Shown: positions 15,878-25,837 of the stretch, one piece after another
How positions within the stretch are numbered: position 1 is the stretch's first letter
Layout: the number at the start of each line of letters is the position of its first letter
IMG/VR virus record: IMGVR_UViG_3300005573_000072
Coordinates: 1 to 64,000 of that record
Source of the DNA: a virus
DNA length: 64,000 nt
Strand: one strand, 5' to 3'
Position numbers and translations under genes: made by a program
Notes under the pieces: model-generated
Told to the model about the DNA's origin: nothing
Database searches by the model: none
What the model saw: the letters and a program-made list of their open reading frames with translations, nothing else

Positions 15878-17021
15878 TTCCGATTCCTTCCTTTCCTTCC
15901 GATTCAGTAATCGTTATTGTGGCTTTAGCATAAGATATTGTGTAAGTTCCGTCAAGAAGATTTGGTGGCAAATTATATTTTTCCATTGCTTTTTTCAACA
16001 AAGAATTATCCAGCTTAACAACTTCATCGTAAACCCCTATAGGCTTCAATATTTTCTTCACCTTTGCCATATCATAATCTTTATAAGCCCGACTATATGT
16101 TTTAGCCACGTATAGAGGAGTATGCATAGTGCTCATGTCCCTCATTTCAAGCCGATTACGAATTTCATCTAATAAAGCATTACGATAATCCTCAATTATC
16201 TTTTGTTTCATTTGTGCTTCTTTTGCCTCTTTCAACAATTCTTCATCAGTCATTTCTTGTATTCTATTTATATTTGGGAAAGTTTGCGCATATTCTAAGT
16301 ATGCAGGACACTCATACTTAACAAAGCAATAAGGACAAAACTGATTCAATCTTGGCTGTGGGTTATCTTCCTCCAAAATTTGTTTGGTTGTCGCCAAAAT
16401 CATCCTGTCAATAAACTCTCTATCTTCTTCAGTTCTAAAAGTACTAACCTTGTCATATCGTAAATATAACAAACTTAGTTTTGTATCCACAATTTCGGGA
16501 TAATCAGGAAACATCCCCTGCTCATACATCTTATGAAATGCCCAATCATATATTGATAGTTGCAAATCCCTATCTACGTCAGCCTGATTCTTCTTGAAGG
16601 CTCCTGTTTTATAGTCAATAATTTCATAATTATAGCAAGGATTAGATTCGATATAATCGATACGGTCAATTACGCCAACAATCGGAATACCAGCTCCAGT
16701 ATCAATTTCAAACCGCTTTTCTCGTGCAATAATTTCGCCCGTTTCCTTATGATTCTTTTCATAATTCATTATCATACTTACAGCATCATCATAAATGTGC
16801 AAATTCCAAATACCATATTTTTCCCAGAGTTCTTCGAACATTTCCCGTAATGTTTTCATATTGGAGGGTTCATAATATTCATATAAAAGAGTGTGTATCA
16901 TAGTTCCTAATGCTAATGCATCCGTATCGATGGAAATTTGCGTAGTATAAAGTTTTGATGCTCTATAAGGACAATTCCCCCATGCATCTAACATCGAAAA
17001 ACTAACATGATCAACCTTCAT
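15867..17021 (-). CDS. RecB/Cas4-like PD-(D/E)XK exonuclease
   Basis: SFS...CP, GTMIH, GVIDRID, IIDYKTG, QLSIY and CPYC-x5-C (possible Fe-S ligands). Confidence 0.85.
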   Translation of the reverse strand: MKVDHVSFSMLDAWGNCPYRASKLYTTQISIDTDALALGTMIHTLLYEYYEPSNMKTLREMFEELWEKYGIWNLHIYDDAVSMIMNYEKNHKETGEIIAREKRFEIDTGAGIPIVGVIDRIDYIESNPCYNYEIIDYKTGAFKKNQADVDRDLQLSIYDWAFHKMYEQGMFPDYPEIVDTKLSLLYLRYDKVSTFRTEEDREFIDRMILATTKQILEEDNPQPRLNQFCPYCFVKYECPAYLEYAQTFPNINRIQEMTDEELLKEAKEAQMKQKIIEDYRNALLDEIRNRLEMRDMSTMHTPLYVAKTYSRAYKDYDMAKVKKILKPIGVYDEVVKLDNSLLKKAMEKYNLPPNLLDGTYTISYAKATITITESEGKEGIGNAS

Positions 17022-17023
17022 TT

Positions 17024-18220
17024 TCACATCTCCTTCCTTATTAGTGCTATGCAACATTCATAAGTTGGGTTTTCCGAATCCATAATGACTAAAGGATTAT
17101 TCCCACCACTATGAATTAAATATGCCGACCCTTTTATATTATAAAGTGCATTCTGTAGCAAAAGACTATTTATACTAATAGATAAATCTATATCATTTTT
17201 TAACACATCCACTTCATAAGCTGTATTAGTTTTTCCAAATGTGTTAGAGTTTTTAATAAACAAACTATTGTCTTTTTGTTCGATATCTAATGTATAAACG
17301 GGTTTATTAGCAAATACTTCAGAACGACTAAATAATGTTACTTTCTTTAATAATGGAAGAAAAGTCTCTGTATCCACAATTATTATATTTTTTTGCTCTA
17401 ATGTACTTATTTTATCCCGCAATTTAATAATATTCTTACAAATGTTATCCCGAAATTCTAATTGACGATAAAGAAAATATAATGAAAACTCTTCATCTTG
17501 GGTATCATATTTAATCATCAACTCTTTCTTATTAACCAATAATTTTGCTTCCCCAGAAGGAAACAATGCCAAAACATCCTTTCCAAACGAAATAGGCAAC
17601 ATAATTTTGTCTATATTATCATTAGCCGTATCAACCTTAATTGGCACTTTCTTTCTAGCAAATGTTGCAAACGAAGTACCATAAACATTCATTATTTCAT
17701 TTGAAGAATCGATTTCCATAAGTATTATATCTGTATTAGGAAAAGTGTTCGCTTCTCCTACTGACCAAATAATGCTCCTTATTGCATCTTTAAATTCATC
17801 AATATCAATTATATAAATATCATTAAAAACATGCGTTTCTTCATCGGGAAAAACAGTATCATCTATGTTAGATAAAACGAGGAGAAGGCTTGAAGAATCA
17901 TCTTGTACAGAAATTTGGTTAATATCGGCTTCAAAAATTATACTTTCGGATTTAGATTTAGATAAAAATCGGAATAATAAATCAGGCTGAAAATATACTT
18001 TACTTTGTTTTTCTTTATATTCATAGACAACTACATCATGCTCAATAACACAACATTTGTTTAATGCAAAACTATTAGGGAAATATTCCGCAGCAATCCA
18101 TTTAACCCTCGAACGTGCCCCATCCAATTTTAACTGTATAAGTGCATTTTTATCAATTATGAATTTACCCAAAATTTTAACCAAATTATCTTTATCTTTA
18201 TTAGTAATCATAAACTTCAT
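17024..18220 (-). CDS. DNA sliding clamp (DnaN/beta-like), divergent
   Basis: About 398 aa. FP..., FKDAI..IIWSV, GTS, NSLLL..AL and NPLVI...C.IA resemble the beta-clamp layout; replication context. Confidence 0.6.
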   Translation of the reverse strand: MKFMITNKDKDNLVKILGKFIIDKNALIQLKLDGARSRVKWIAAEYFPNSFALNKCCVIEHDVVVYEYKEKQSKVYFQPDLLFRFLSKSKSESIIFEADINQISVQDDSSSLLLVLSNIDDTVFPDEETHVFNDIYIIDIDEFKDAIRSIIWSVGEANTFPNTDIILMEIDSSNEIMNVYGTSFATFARKKVPIKVDTANDNIDKIMLPISFGKDVLALFPSGEAKLLVNKKELMIKYDTQDEEFSLYFLYRQLEFRDNICKNIIKLRDKISTLEQKNIIIVDTETFLPLLKKVTLFSRSEVFANKPVYTLDIEQKDNSLFIKNSNTFGKTNTAYEVDVLKNDIDLSISINSLLLQNALYNIKGSAYLIHSGGNNPLVIMDSENPTYECCIALIRKEM

Positions 18221-18731
18221 TTTCCATCCGCTCCTTTTCCTTTCTATAAATTGTTTCCAATTTTTCATATAAGACATCTAACGAAGAATCATTAGTTATA
18301 ATATAATGGAATTTATCAATAAATTTAAATTCCCTCTCGGTCTCATCATCATCATTCCATTCTAAACCTAAATCATGTGCACGCTGTTTCCTAATTTCAT
18401 CATCTGAAATAATCAATATTAACCGAAACCCTTTATCCTTTAGGAACAAAACTTCGTTGTCCATTCGCACATCATCAACAATAAGCTTAGGATATTGCTC
18501 TTTCATATATAGATATCTATCCATCAAATGGATAAAAATATTTGGATCCCACTCTCTCAACACTTTTCCTATAGATTGCATTATTCTGCGAGATTTGGGA
18601 ATCTCTAATACTTTTAATATATCATATATAGGTTGGGCAAATTTAATCACCTTAAACCCATATTTTTCTGCCATGAAATTGGCAGCAGTAGTCTTTCCAC
18701 TACATGCTTTCCCACCAAACGCTAATCTCAT
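18201..18731 (-). CDS. Deoxynucleoside monophosphate kinase
   Basis: GKACSGKT, FAQPI, R..MQ.IG and VDDVR..NE motifs. Confidence 0.85.
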   Translation of the reverse strand: MRLAFGGKACSGKTTAANFMAEKYGFKVIKFAQPIYDILKVLEIPKSRRIMQSIGKVLREWDPNIFIHLMDRYLYMKEQYPKLIVDDVRMDNEVLFLKDKGFRLILIISDDEIRKQRAHDLGLEWNDDDETEREFKFIDKFHYIITNDSSLDVLYEKLETIYRKEKERMENEVYDY

Positions 18732-18745
18732 ACCAAAACCTCCTA

Positions 18746-19072
18746 TTAAATTGCTATAATCCTCCTGACCTCATCCCCATAAGTTAAATATACTAATTTC
18801 TGGAAATGTTGACAAGGCACTTTGAATTCTTTAAATTTCTTTATATCATTAGGAAACAATTCGTCAATTTCTGCATGTTCAAATTTCAGATTATTTAGTC
18901 CTCTTATCATTATTAACTTTGCGTCTTTGCCTGAAATGGCAATTAAATCACACAAAGAATGAAAAGCTGAATTAGCTATTATATAGTAACCTTTTTTTCG
19001 CAAATTGTTTATTATATTAAATTTTACTTTATTATGGTAACCAGTCATCCCCCTCATTATCCTCCTCATCAT
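18746..19072 (-). CDS. Hjc-like Holliday junction resolvase fold, degenerate
   Basis: L.KKGYYII...S..DLIAI....LI.I pattern; the expected E-x-K is M-I-R. Confidence 0.45.
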   Translation of the reverse strand: MMRRIMRGMTGYHNKVKFNIINNLRKKGYYIIANSAFHSLCDLIAISGKDAKLIMIRGLNNLKFEHAEIDELFPNDIKKFKEFKVPCQHFQKLVYLTYGDEVRRIIAI

Positions 19073-19580
19073 ACCCTACATCTTTCTTCTCATCCTTTAT
19101 ATATTCTTCTTTCACCTCTAAATCTTCATCAAAGTCAAAATCGCTCCAATTAATGCTGAAATCATCTTCTTCACTCGCCTCCATAGGTTGGAAAGAACGA
19201 GTTGTTTTCTGTACTGTAGTCTTTTCATCATTATTAATCTTGGAAGTTTGGCCATTTCCATTACTACCGGCAAAACTAAAATCTCTACCAAGAATATATA
19301 TAGTTTTTCGTAATTTCCCATCATTTCCAGTCCATATATCACTAACAAGTTCGCCTGAAACAATTATTATCCTACCCTTGGTAAAATATCTAGCAATTGT
19401 TTCGGCATGCTTCCCAAAAAATATTACATCAAGCCAGTTTGTCTTTTTTTCTCCCTTCCAAAACCTATTATTTGCAATTTTAAAGCTAACTTTTGCAACC
19501 CCACTTGGTAGATAAATTATCTTTGGGTCCTCAACCAATCGCCCCTCAACCGTTACCACATTCAAATTACTCATCATCAT
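19032..19580 (-). CDS. ssb: Single-stranded DNA-binding protein
   Basis: N.V.V.GRLVEDP, F.IA.NR and KG..I.V.GEL; acidic tail ending DDWLP. Confidence 0.9.
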   Translation of the reverse strand: MMMSNLNVVTVEGRLVEDPKIIYLPSGVAKVSFKIANNRFWKGEKKTNWLDVIFFGKHAETIARYFTKGRIIIVSGELVSDIWTGNDGKLRKTIYILGRDFSFAGSNGNGQTSKINNDEKTTVQKTTRSFQPMEASEEDDFSINWSDFDFDEDLEVKEEYIKDEKKDVGYDEEDNEGDDWLP

Positions 19581-19911
19581 TACCTCCTAATTCTTCAAAA
19601 TAATTCATTACTTCCTCTTTATCAAGAGGAACTTCAGATGTCAAGATATAGTCTCCTAAAAAGTATGTATAAACCTCTTTTTCCTCTCTTTTTACTTCAA
19701 CTAAACAACAATCCCCTTCCTTATCTTTATAAGTACAGTTAGGAAAAAGTGCCTTTAATTCTTCCGGGCAAGGAAACATAAATAAATTATCATCTTCTTC
19801 TATAAGTTCTATGTAATCCAAATCAATATATATTGTATATTCCTGCCCACACTTTGTCTGTATTGAACAAATATATCCTTTTTGTGCCTCAAATTCAAAC
19901 TCTTCCATCAC
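19567..19911 (-). CDS. Acidic Cys-rich hypothetical protein
   Basis: AAGGAGG RBS downstream of a promoter. Confidence 0.65.
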   Translation of the reverse strand: MMEEFEFEAQKGYICSIQTKCGQEYTIYIDLDYIELIEEDDNLFMFPCPEELKALFPNCTYKDKEGDCCLVEVKREEKEVYTYFLGDYILTSEVPLDKEEVMNYFEELGGNDDE

Positions 19912-19928
19912 ATTTCCTCCTTATTATT

Positions 19929-19970
19929 AGCTTAAATTTGTAAGTAATTGCTGTCAATAGCAATTGCTAT
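19929..19970 (-). promoter_or_regulatory. Sigma70 promoter with palindromic operator-like sites
   Basis: TTGACA-17 bp-TAAGCT on the - strand. ATAGCAATTGCTAT palindrome (19957-19970) and AGTAATTGCT (19943-19952) flank the -35. Confidence 0.65.
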
Positions 19971-20458
19971 CAAAACAAAATACGCCATTCACCATCATTT
20001 ATCCATATTTTCTGATTCCAACTCCCTCGAAAACGATTTGGGTTAAACTCTGGTTTTGTTTTATCATATTTTCCATCTACAATTGCAACAATATAATCAA
20101 GAATTAATGGAAATTTTACCTTTACCTCTTCAAAAGTATAACCAGTATATAACCAAATATCACCTCCTAAATCCCTTTGTTTTAATTTCTCTAATAATTC
20201 CACAAGCCCTTCATACTGATCAAGTGGCTCACCACCAGTAATTGTCAAATCTGTAAATTGTAATCCATAACCTATTAATTCATCAATCAAATCATCTGTT
20301 GAAATTGTATAACCTGAAGAAGGAGACCACAACCATTGATTATGGCATCCTTCACATTTAGGCGTATGACTACAACCAGCAAGAAAAAGCACAGTCCTAA
20401 TTCCCGGCCCATCAACAGTAGAATCAGCTAAAACCCTTCCTACTTTCAATTTTCTCAT
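19970..20458 (-). CDS. nrdG: Anaerobic RNR activating radical-SAM protein
   Basis: VDGPGIR..LF.AGC...C.GCHN, TGGEPL, LYTGY, VDG.Y and RGS.NQ motifs; directly after nrdD. Confidence 0.92.
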   Translation of the reverse strand: MRKLKVGRVLADSTVDGPGIRTVLFLAGCSHTPKCEGCHNQWLWSPSSGYTISTDDLIDELIGYGLQFTDLTITGGEPLDQYEGLVELLEKLKQRDLGGDIWLYTGYTFEEVKVKFPLILDYIVAIVDGKYDKTKPEFNPNRFRGSWNQKIWINDGEWRILF

Positions 20459-23295
20459 TTGTCTTTCCTCCTATTCAATTCCATCAATTTTCCATGCCCC
20501 CATGTAATCGTAGGGGCTAAATATCCAGTAATTCTACGAATACGATTTATTCTTTCACTTCCACACTTCGGACATCTATCCCTTGTGATAGGATCACTAT
20601 ATTTACAATCCCAACATTCATTTATTGGGAAATTAACCGCTACATAACCCATATCAGCTTCTTTTGACTTATCAATCAATTGTTGAATAGCCTTTATATT
20701 ACCTTGAAGCCCACTTTCAAGATAAAAATGTCCTATATGTCCGCCATTACATAAAGCATGGAACTTTCCTTCTTTTTCTATTTTTTCAAATATCGATATC
20801 GGAGCATCAACTAACATATGATGAGAATTATTATAAAATTCTTTATCTGTAATACCTTCTATTACGCCAAACATCTCCTTATCAATCATGCAAAAACGGC
20901 CCGCTACAGATTCCGCAGGAGTAGCTAGTAAACTAAAATTCAATCTATGCTTTCTTATCATTTCGTCTGTAAACTCACGCATATGCTTAATAATATTATA
21001 TCCTAATTCAAGACTTTCATTATTTTCCCACATCCAATATCCAGTCAATAATTTAACTGTTTCTTCTAATCCTACAAAACCAATAGTTTGAGTTCCATGT
21101 ATTAGAACAGGATAAATATAATCATCATCCCTTAGCTTTTCAGATTCCATATATAGGTTTTCTCCTAATAGAAATGGAAAATCCCTTTTCTTTCTTGTTC
21201 CAGTTAATTTTAATCTGTGTATCAACTGCTCCTCAACTAATTCCAAATATTTATCCAATAAATCCATAAATAATTTTTGATTCCCATTAGATTCAATCGC
21301 TAAACGAGGAAGATTAATTGTTGTAAATGATATATTCCCTCGACCATCTATAACTTCGGGGCATGTAACACTTGCGATTACACGGGTACGACATCCCATG
21401 CTTGTTGCTTCTTCGCCATACTTTGCATTAAATGATGAATCCATGAACAAAAATGTTGGGTTCATACGCTTTGCTGCAACTTCATAAGCACAAATTAACA
21501 AATCATGGTTTGGTGTCCCCGGCTCATAATTAATTCCTTCTTTTATGCGGAAAATAACATTAGGCCAAATAAATGTGAAACCATCCATCCCTTTATCCAT
21601 AACATCTAAAATATCAAGTGTTATTTTCCTTCCCAATTCAGATGTGTCAGTCCCAATAATTATATTTGAAAACGGCTTTTGCCCGCCATAACGGCTATTA
21701 TGAACTAAAGTACAATCTGCTAATATAAAGTTTTCATTATCAGATACAGATATATCATAAACATATTTTCTCCATTGAGAAGGAATTTTATTCTGGATAG
21801 ATACTTCGGTTACAACTTTAGGCTCTGGGAATTCCCATTTACGATCCAACAAGAATATTGCAAATGTTCGCTCAGTTTCATCTGTTCCTGGTAATTTGCG
21901 ATAAAATTCTCTAATACCAACACGGATATGTAATCTTGCAAATAATAATTGCAATCCATACTTAAATTTTTCCGATGGAGTGTAAATCAGAATTTTTGTT
22001 TTATGCTTACGACCCCGAATAGAAATATATCCTTGCAAAAAGGCTCTTATAACAGATTGATTAGCCAACAAAATTTCATTGGGAACTTCGTCAGTATTTA
22101 AATATGAATAACCAAACTTTTGTCCAAGTCTATACGCCTCAAGTTCTGTCATCGAACCCAAAGGAGAATTTACAAAATCATTTGTTAAAACACATAATTT
22201 CTTTATAGAAGCTGCATCAGCATCTACTAGTAGATGCTCACCTTTGCCTCTATTTATTTGTATTAAAGAATGGTTTAATGTGCAAGAAACTTCTCTTCCA
22301 TCATAACCCACTATTTTAATGATTGAATTTTTGTTTTCATGTTTCCATACTGCAGTAATGTCTTTTAATTCAGCACGTCCATTTTCACGGTTCGCAGAAA
22401 TAGCTTGAAACCGTCCAGGTTCATAAATTTCTTCACAAAATTTACCTATTTCTATAATATCTAATTTTTGCGTTTTCTTGTCAAATACCCATATTAATTC
22501 CTCATATGGCAAACTTTGCATCGTATTTAAATTATATATAAAGCCTTCGATAGCCTGATAGATTTCATCTTCAGTCGGTTCTTGTTTACAATTTGTTCTT
22601 ATTACCTCAGCAATATCGAAATCAAAATGCGAGTAAGCCTGCCCACCAACCATCTCATTTTGGTTACATTGCAAAATAATGGCAGCTAAAGCCATAATTG
22701 AATTCATCCTTCGAGGAGGCCTGATACGTCCATTCCCTGTTTTAAATCCCTCTAATAAAAGTCTCCTTAAAGGAATACTCAAACAATTCCATGCTAAACC
22801 ATATCCAAATATATCATGAATATGAATATAACCTTTTTCATGGGCTACAGCAATGCGTTCCGGTAAAACTCTGCGTAAATTGTATGTTTTTAATGCTGCT
22901 TCAGATATTTGTAATAATTTTGATGCGAAACTGGGAGGCGTATTAGCATTGTCTTTGTTTGCTTCTTGACTTATTTTAGCAACTGCTTTAACCAAAGCAG
23001 ACTGGCCTTCGCGTTGATTCGCTCGCTCATTACGATAAACAATATACGCCTTTGCGATATCACTATAGCCTAAATCCATTAATGCTTTTTCGACAGCCTG
23101 CGCTATTTCTTCAGTTGTAGGTATTTTGTGGGTGATAAAAGAGGGTAAAATCTCAAGCGTTTTTTGTACAATACTATCTACATCTACACCATTTTGACCA
23201 ACATTAATAATAGCTTTAATTATACTGGAATGAATTTTTTCAGGATTAAAGACAACATATCTTCCATCCATTTTTCTGCATTTAGCAACTTGCAT
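20455..23295 (-). CDS. nrdD: Class III (anaerobic) ribonucleotide reductase with ATP cone and intein
   Basis: N-terminal ATP cone, HIHD, NC, MGCRT, ATPAES, CxxC...CxxC and the RRITGYL glycyl radical motif. Confidence 0.95.
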   Translation of the reverse strand: MQVAKCRKMDGRYVVFNPEKIHSSIIKAIINVGQNGVDVDSIVQKTLEILPSFITHKIPTTEEIAQAVEKALMDLGYSDIAKAYIVYRNERANQREGQSALVKAVAKISQEANKDNANTPPSFASKLLQISEAALKTYNLRRVLPERIAVAHEKGYIHIHDIFGYGLAWNCLSIPLRRLLLEGFKTGNGRIRPPRRMNSIMALAAIILQCNQNEMVGGQAYSHFDFDIAEVIRTNCKQEPTEDEIYQAIEGFIYNLNTMQSLPYEELIWVFDKKTQKLDIIEIGKFCEEIYEPGRFQAISANRENGRAELKDITAVWKHENKNSIIKIVGYDGREVSCTLNHSLIQINRGKGEHLLVDADAASIKKLCVLTNDFVNSPLGSMTELEAYRLGQKFGYSYLNTDEVPNEILLANQSVIRAFLQGYISIRGRKHKTKILIYTPSEKFKYGLQLLFARLHIRVGIREFYRKLPGTDETERTFAIFLLDRKWEFPEPKVVTEVSIQNKIPSQWRKYVYDISVSDNENFILADCTLVHNSRYGGQKPFSNIIIGTDTSELGRKITLDILDVMDKGMDGFTFIWPNVIFRIKEGINYEPGTPNHDLLICAYEVAAKRMNPTFLFMDSSFNAKYGEEATSMGCRTRVIASVTCPEVIDGRGNISFTTINLPRLAIESNGNQKLFMDLLDKYLELVEEQLIHRLKLTGTRKKRDFPFLLGENLYMESEKLRDDDYIYPVLIHGTQTIGFVGLEETVKLLTGYWMWENNESLELGYNIIKHMREFTDEMIRKHRLNFSLLATPAESVAGRFCMIDKEMFGVIEGITDKEFYNNSHHMLVDAPISIFEKIEKEGKFHALCNGGHIGHFYLESGLQGNIKAIQQLIDKSKEADMGYVAVNFPINECWDCKYSDPITRDRCPKCGSERINRIRRITGYLAPTITWGHGKLMELNRRKDK
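21697..22515 (-). mobile_element. Intein (273 aa) in NrdD with degenerate LAGLIDADG remnant
   Basis: Exteins NLNTMQ|...|SRYGGQKPFS. Intein SLPYEE...CTLNHSL...VYDISVSDNENFILADCTLVHN; AFLQGYISIRG remnant. Confidence 0.9.
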
Positions 23296-24299
23296 TATAT
23301 CTCACCCCTCTTTATTTTCCTTAAATTTTTGATAAAATTTACAAACTCGCTCTTCGTTAAATCAGCAATATCTTTGCCTGTTTCTAATTCATTAACATAA
23401 ATGTTAAGGTATAAGGAACACTTTTTTATTGCCTCCAAGGTGGCTTTTTGGCCCGCTTCATCACCATCAAAAGCAAATATGACATCATATGTGTTACTGA
23501 CAAGTAACATAACCTGTTCATCACTCAAAGATGAACCCATAATAGCAACTGCCTTTCTCCAGCCATATTCCCAAGCTTTCCAAACATCCGAAAAACCTTC
23601 TACCACTAAAATAGGCATTTCATTAATCTTATTTTTGTTGTATTTTTTAACATTATGTAGGTTATATAATAAGTTACTCTTTTTTACTCCTGGCATATGA
23701 ACATATTTTGATGTCTTATCATTCTTAACACCACGAGAACTAAAACCAACAAGAAATCCTTTATCGTCACGCAAAGGAATGACATATCGCCCAGTGTAAA
23801 TACCTTCTCTGCAAAAGCCAACCTCAAAAAAATCCAACGTTTCTTTCTTAAAACCTCTTTTTAACCAATAATCATATTCCATTGTATTTCTGCATTTCAT
23901 GATAAATTCTTCACTAATCACTTTATGTTTTTTCTTCTTTAACTTATTTATACGTTCAATAAAAGTTTTTATTTCTCTAATAGATGGATGAGATTGAATT
24001 TCCGAAACTTCAAAACCAAATAGGCTATTTAATTTATCAACTGCCTCATTATAAGAAATATTCTCCATTTTTTGGATAAAAGAAACTACTGATCCCGACA
24101 CACCACAACCAAAACAATGAAATACTCCTTTTTCTTTATTAAAACAACAAGATGGTTGTGTATCATTATGGAATGGACAAATAAATTTTAACTCATTTCC
24201 GCAAATGATATATTTTATTCCATAATATTTAAGAACATTTTCCAAATCTAACTCAGAAAATTGATTGAGATATAACATTTTTGTACTCATCCGTTGCAC
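23295..24299 (-). CDS. dnaG: DNA primase (CHC2 zinc finger + TOPRIM)
   Basis: CPFH.D..PS...CFGC, VVEGFSD and FDGDEAG motifs. Confidence 0.92.
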   Translation of the reverse strand: MQRMSTKMLYLNQFSELDLENVLKYYGIKYIICGNELKFICPFHNDTQPSCCFNKEKGVFHCFGCGVSGSVVSFIQKMENISYNEAVDKLNSLFGFEVSEIQSHPSIREIKTFIERINKLKKKKHKVISEEFIMKCRNTMEYDYWLKRGFKKETLDFFEVGFCREGIYTGRYVIPLRDDKGFLVGFSSRGVKNDKTSKYVHMPGVKKSNLLYNLHNVKKYNKNKINEMPILVVEGFSDVWKAWEYGWRKAVAIMGSSLSDEQVMLLVSNTYDVIFAFDGDEAGQKATLEAIKKCSLYLNIYVNELETGKDIADLTKSEFVNFIKNLRKIKRGEI

Positions 24300-25581
24300 C
24301 TACCTCTCTAATCGTTAAAGTAGGCCGCTGAAAATGTAGATAAAAATTAACATTATCTTCACAATCTCTTGCATAAGCCATCGTCAAAAGTATATTTGCC
24401 TTACCATGCTCTCTTTTCAAACGCTTCATCATAAGCAGGTAATTACATAATTGTAAAATACGATCTGAACCAGCAATTTGGTCAGAGTCAAAATCTTCGG
24501 CTTTTACAGACAAGCGATTAAGTTGTCCGGCAGTTATAACTGGAATATTCAACTTTCCACCTATACGATTCTTCAAAGCATCAGTAAAATAACCAAGCTC
24601 TTGCCATTCAGCAATTGATGTATCCTTCCTGCTGGGAAGTTTAATATAATCAAAGAATAAAACCTGAATATTTTTCTGAATTTTAAATTTTTTTGCCAAT
24701 GCTACTACGCTTTCAATTGTAAAATCTGGGATATACATATGATATAAAGGTAATCGCTCTGCTATAGAGATAGCCTCTTCTAGTTTTAACTGCTCCACTT
24801 CATTGCACAACCCATTGATTATCTTTTTTTCCTCTATTCCACTTAAAATACTTAATAATCTTGCTTGCTGCTCATGACGCAACATTTCTGTGTCCAAATA
24901 TAAAACATTCAACCCTCGTTTTGCCATACCAATTGCCCAATTCCACAATAATGTGCTTTTCCCAACTTTTGGACGAGCAGTTACAACCATTAACTGTCCT
25001 GGGGCAACCCCACCACCAAGAAGCGAATCTAAATAATAAAATCCTAAAGGAATACGAGCTGATGTTTCTTTTAAATTCAAAATTTCCCTTATATCTTTTC
25101 CTATTTGCAGATTTTTTTCTTCTTTCAAATTTTCTGATGCAACTCTTGTAATATTATCTTCGCAATATTCAATTAAGGTTTCAATTGAACCTAAATTTAA
25201 TTTAGGTAAACGTTCAATCATATCCTTACATACCGAAATCAATTGTCGCTTGATGCTGTTCATTTTTATTTTATTAGCATAAAATTCTATATTTTCAACA
25301 GAAAAAGGGGATTCTTTTATGGCAATAAGATAATTAAATGTATCTCCCCCCGTCTCAAAATCCATAATTTTTCTTATTTGAGGGTCTATGTTGTCTAATA
25401 TAGAAATAATATCTGCTTTACGGTCTGTTTCCATTAATTCCCGAAAAGAACTATATATATAAGCATTTATAGACAAGCTAAAATCGGAAGGTTCCAACTT
25501 ATCACAGATTTTCCAATAAGAAGATATATCGTTTAATATGCATGCCAATACATATCTCTCCTCCGCTGTTGTCTCAAGCAT
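24253..25581 (-). CDS. dnaB: Replicative DnaB-like helicase
   Basis: ARPKVGKST, LDTEM, FDYI, QLNR and IAGSDRI motifs. GGAGG RBS before ATG 25581. Confidence 0.92.
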   Translation of the reverse strand: MLETTAEERYVLACILNDISSYWKICDKLEPSDFSLSINAYIYSSFRELMETDRKADIISILDNIDPQIRKIMDFETGGDTFNYLIAIKESPFSVENIEFYANKIKMNSIKRQLISVCKDMIERLPKLNLGSIETLIEYCEDNITRVASENLKEEKNLQIGKDIREILNLKETSARIPLGFYYLDSLLGGGVAPGQLMVVTARPKVGKSTLLWNWAIGMAKRGLNVLYLDTEMLRHEQQARLLSILSGIEEKKIINGLCNEVEQLKLEEAISIAERLPLYHMYIPDFTIESVVALAKKFKIQKNIQVLFFDYIKLPSRKDTSIAEWQELGYFTDALKNRIGGKLNIPVITAGQLNRLSVKAEDFDSDQIAGSDRILQLCNYLLMMKRLKREHGKANILLTMAYARDCEDNVNFYLHFQRPTLTIREVGATDEYKNVISQSIF

Positions 25582-25837
25582 TTCTGCCCTCCAAAAAATT
25601 TTTGATAAACCCAAACCTACATTTTTCATCTCTATTTTCCATGCCAAACCATATTATATAAGCATCAAATGTATTTTGATAACCAAAAGTTTTAAGAAAA
25701 TATCCTAACTCAGAAGGAGGAATAAAACCACTAGTTGCTTTCATCAGGCTTTGCATCTGTTCTTGCCATGTTTCCGGAACTCCCCATAGCCTCATCTTCA
25801 GATATTCCCTCTTCATTTTCTTCACTAGCGCATTCAT
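25574..25837 (-). CDS. Hypothetical protein
   Basis: Own GGAG RBS; lies upstream of the helicase and overlaps the HNH 3' end. Confidence 0.55.
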   Translation of the reverse strand: MNALVKKMKREYLKMRLWGVPETWQEQMQSLMKATSGFIPPSELGYFLKTFGYQNTFDAYIIWFGMENRDEKCRFGFIKNFLEGRNA

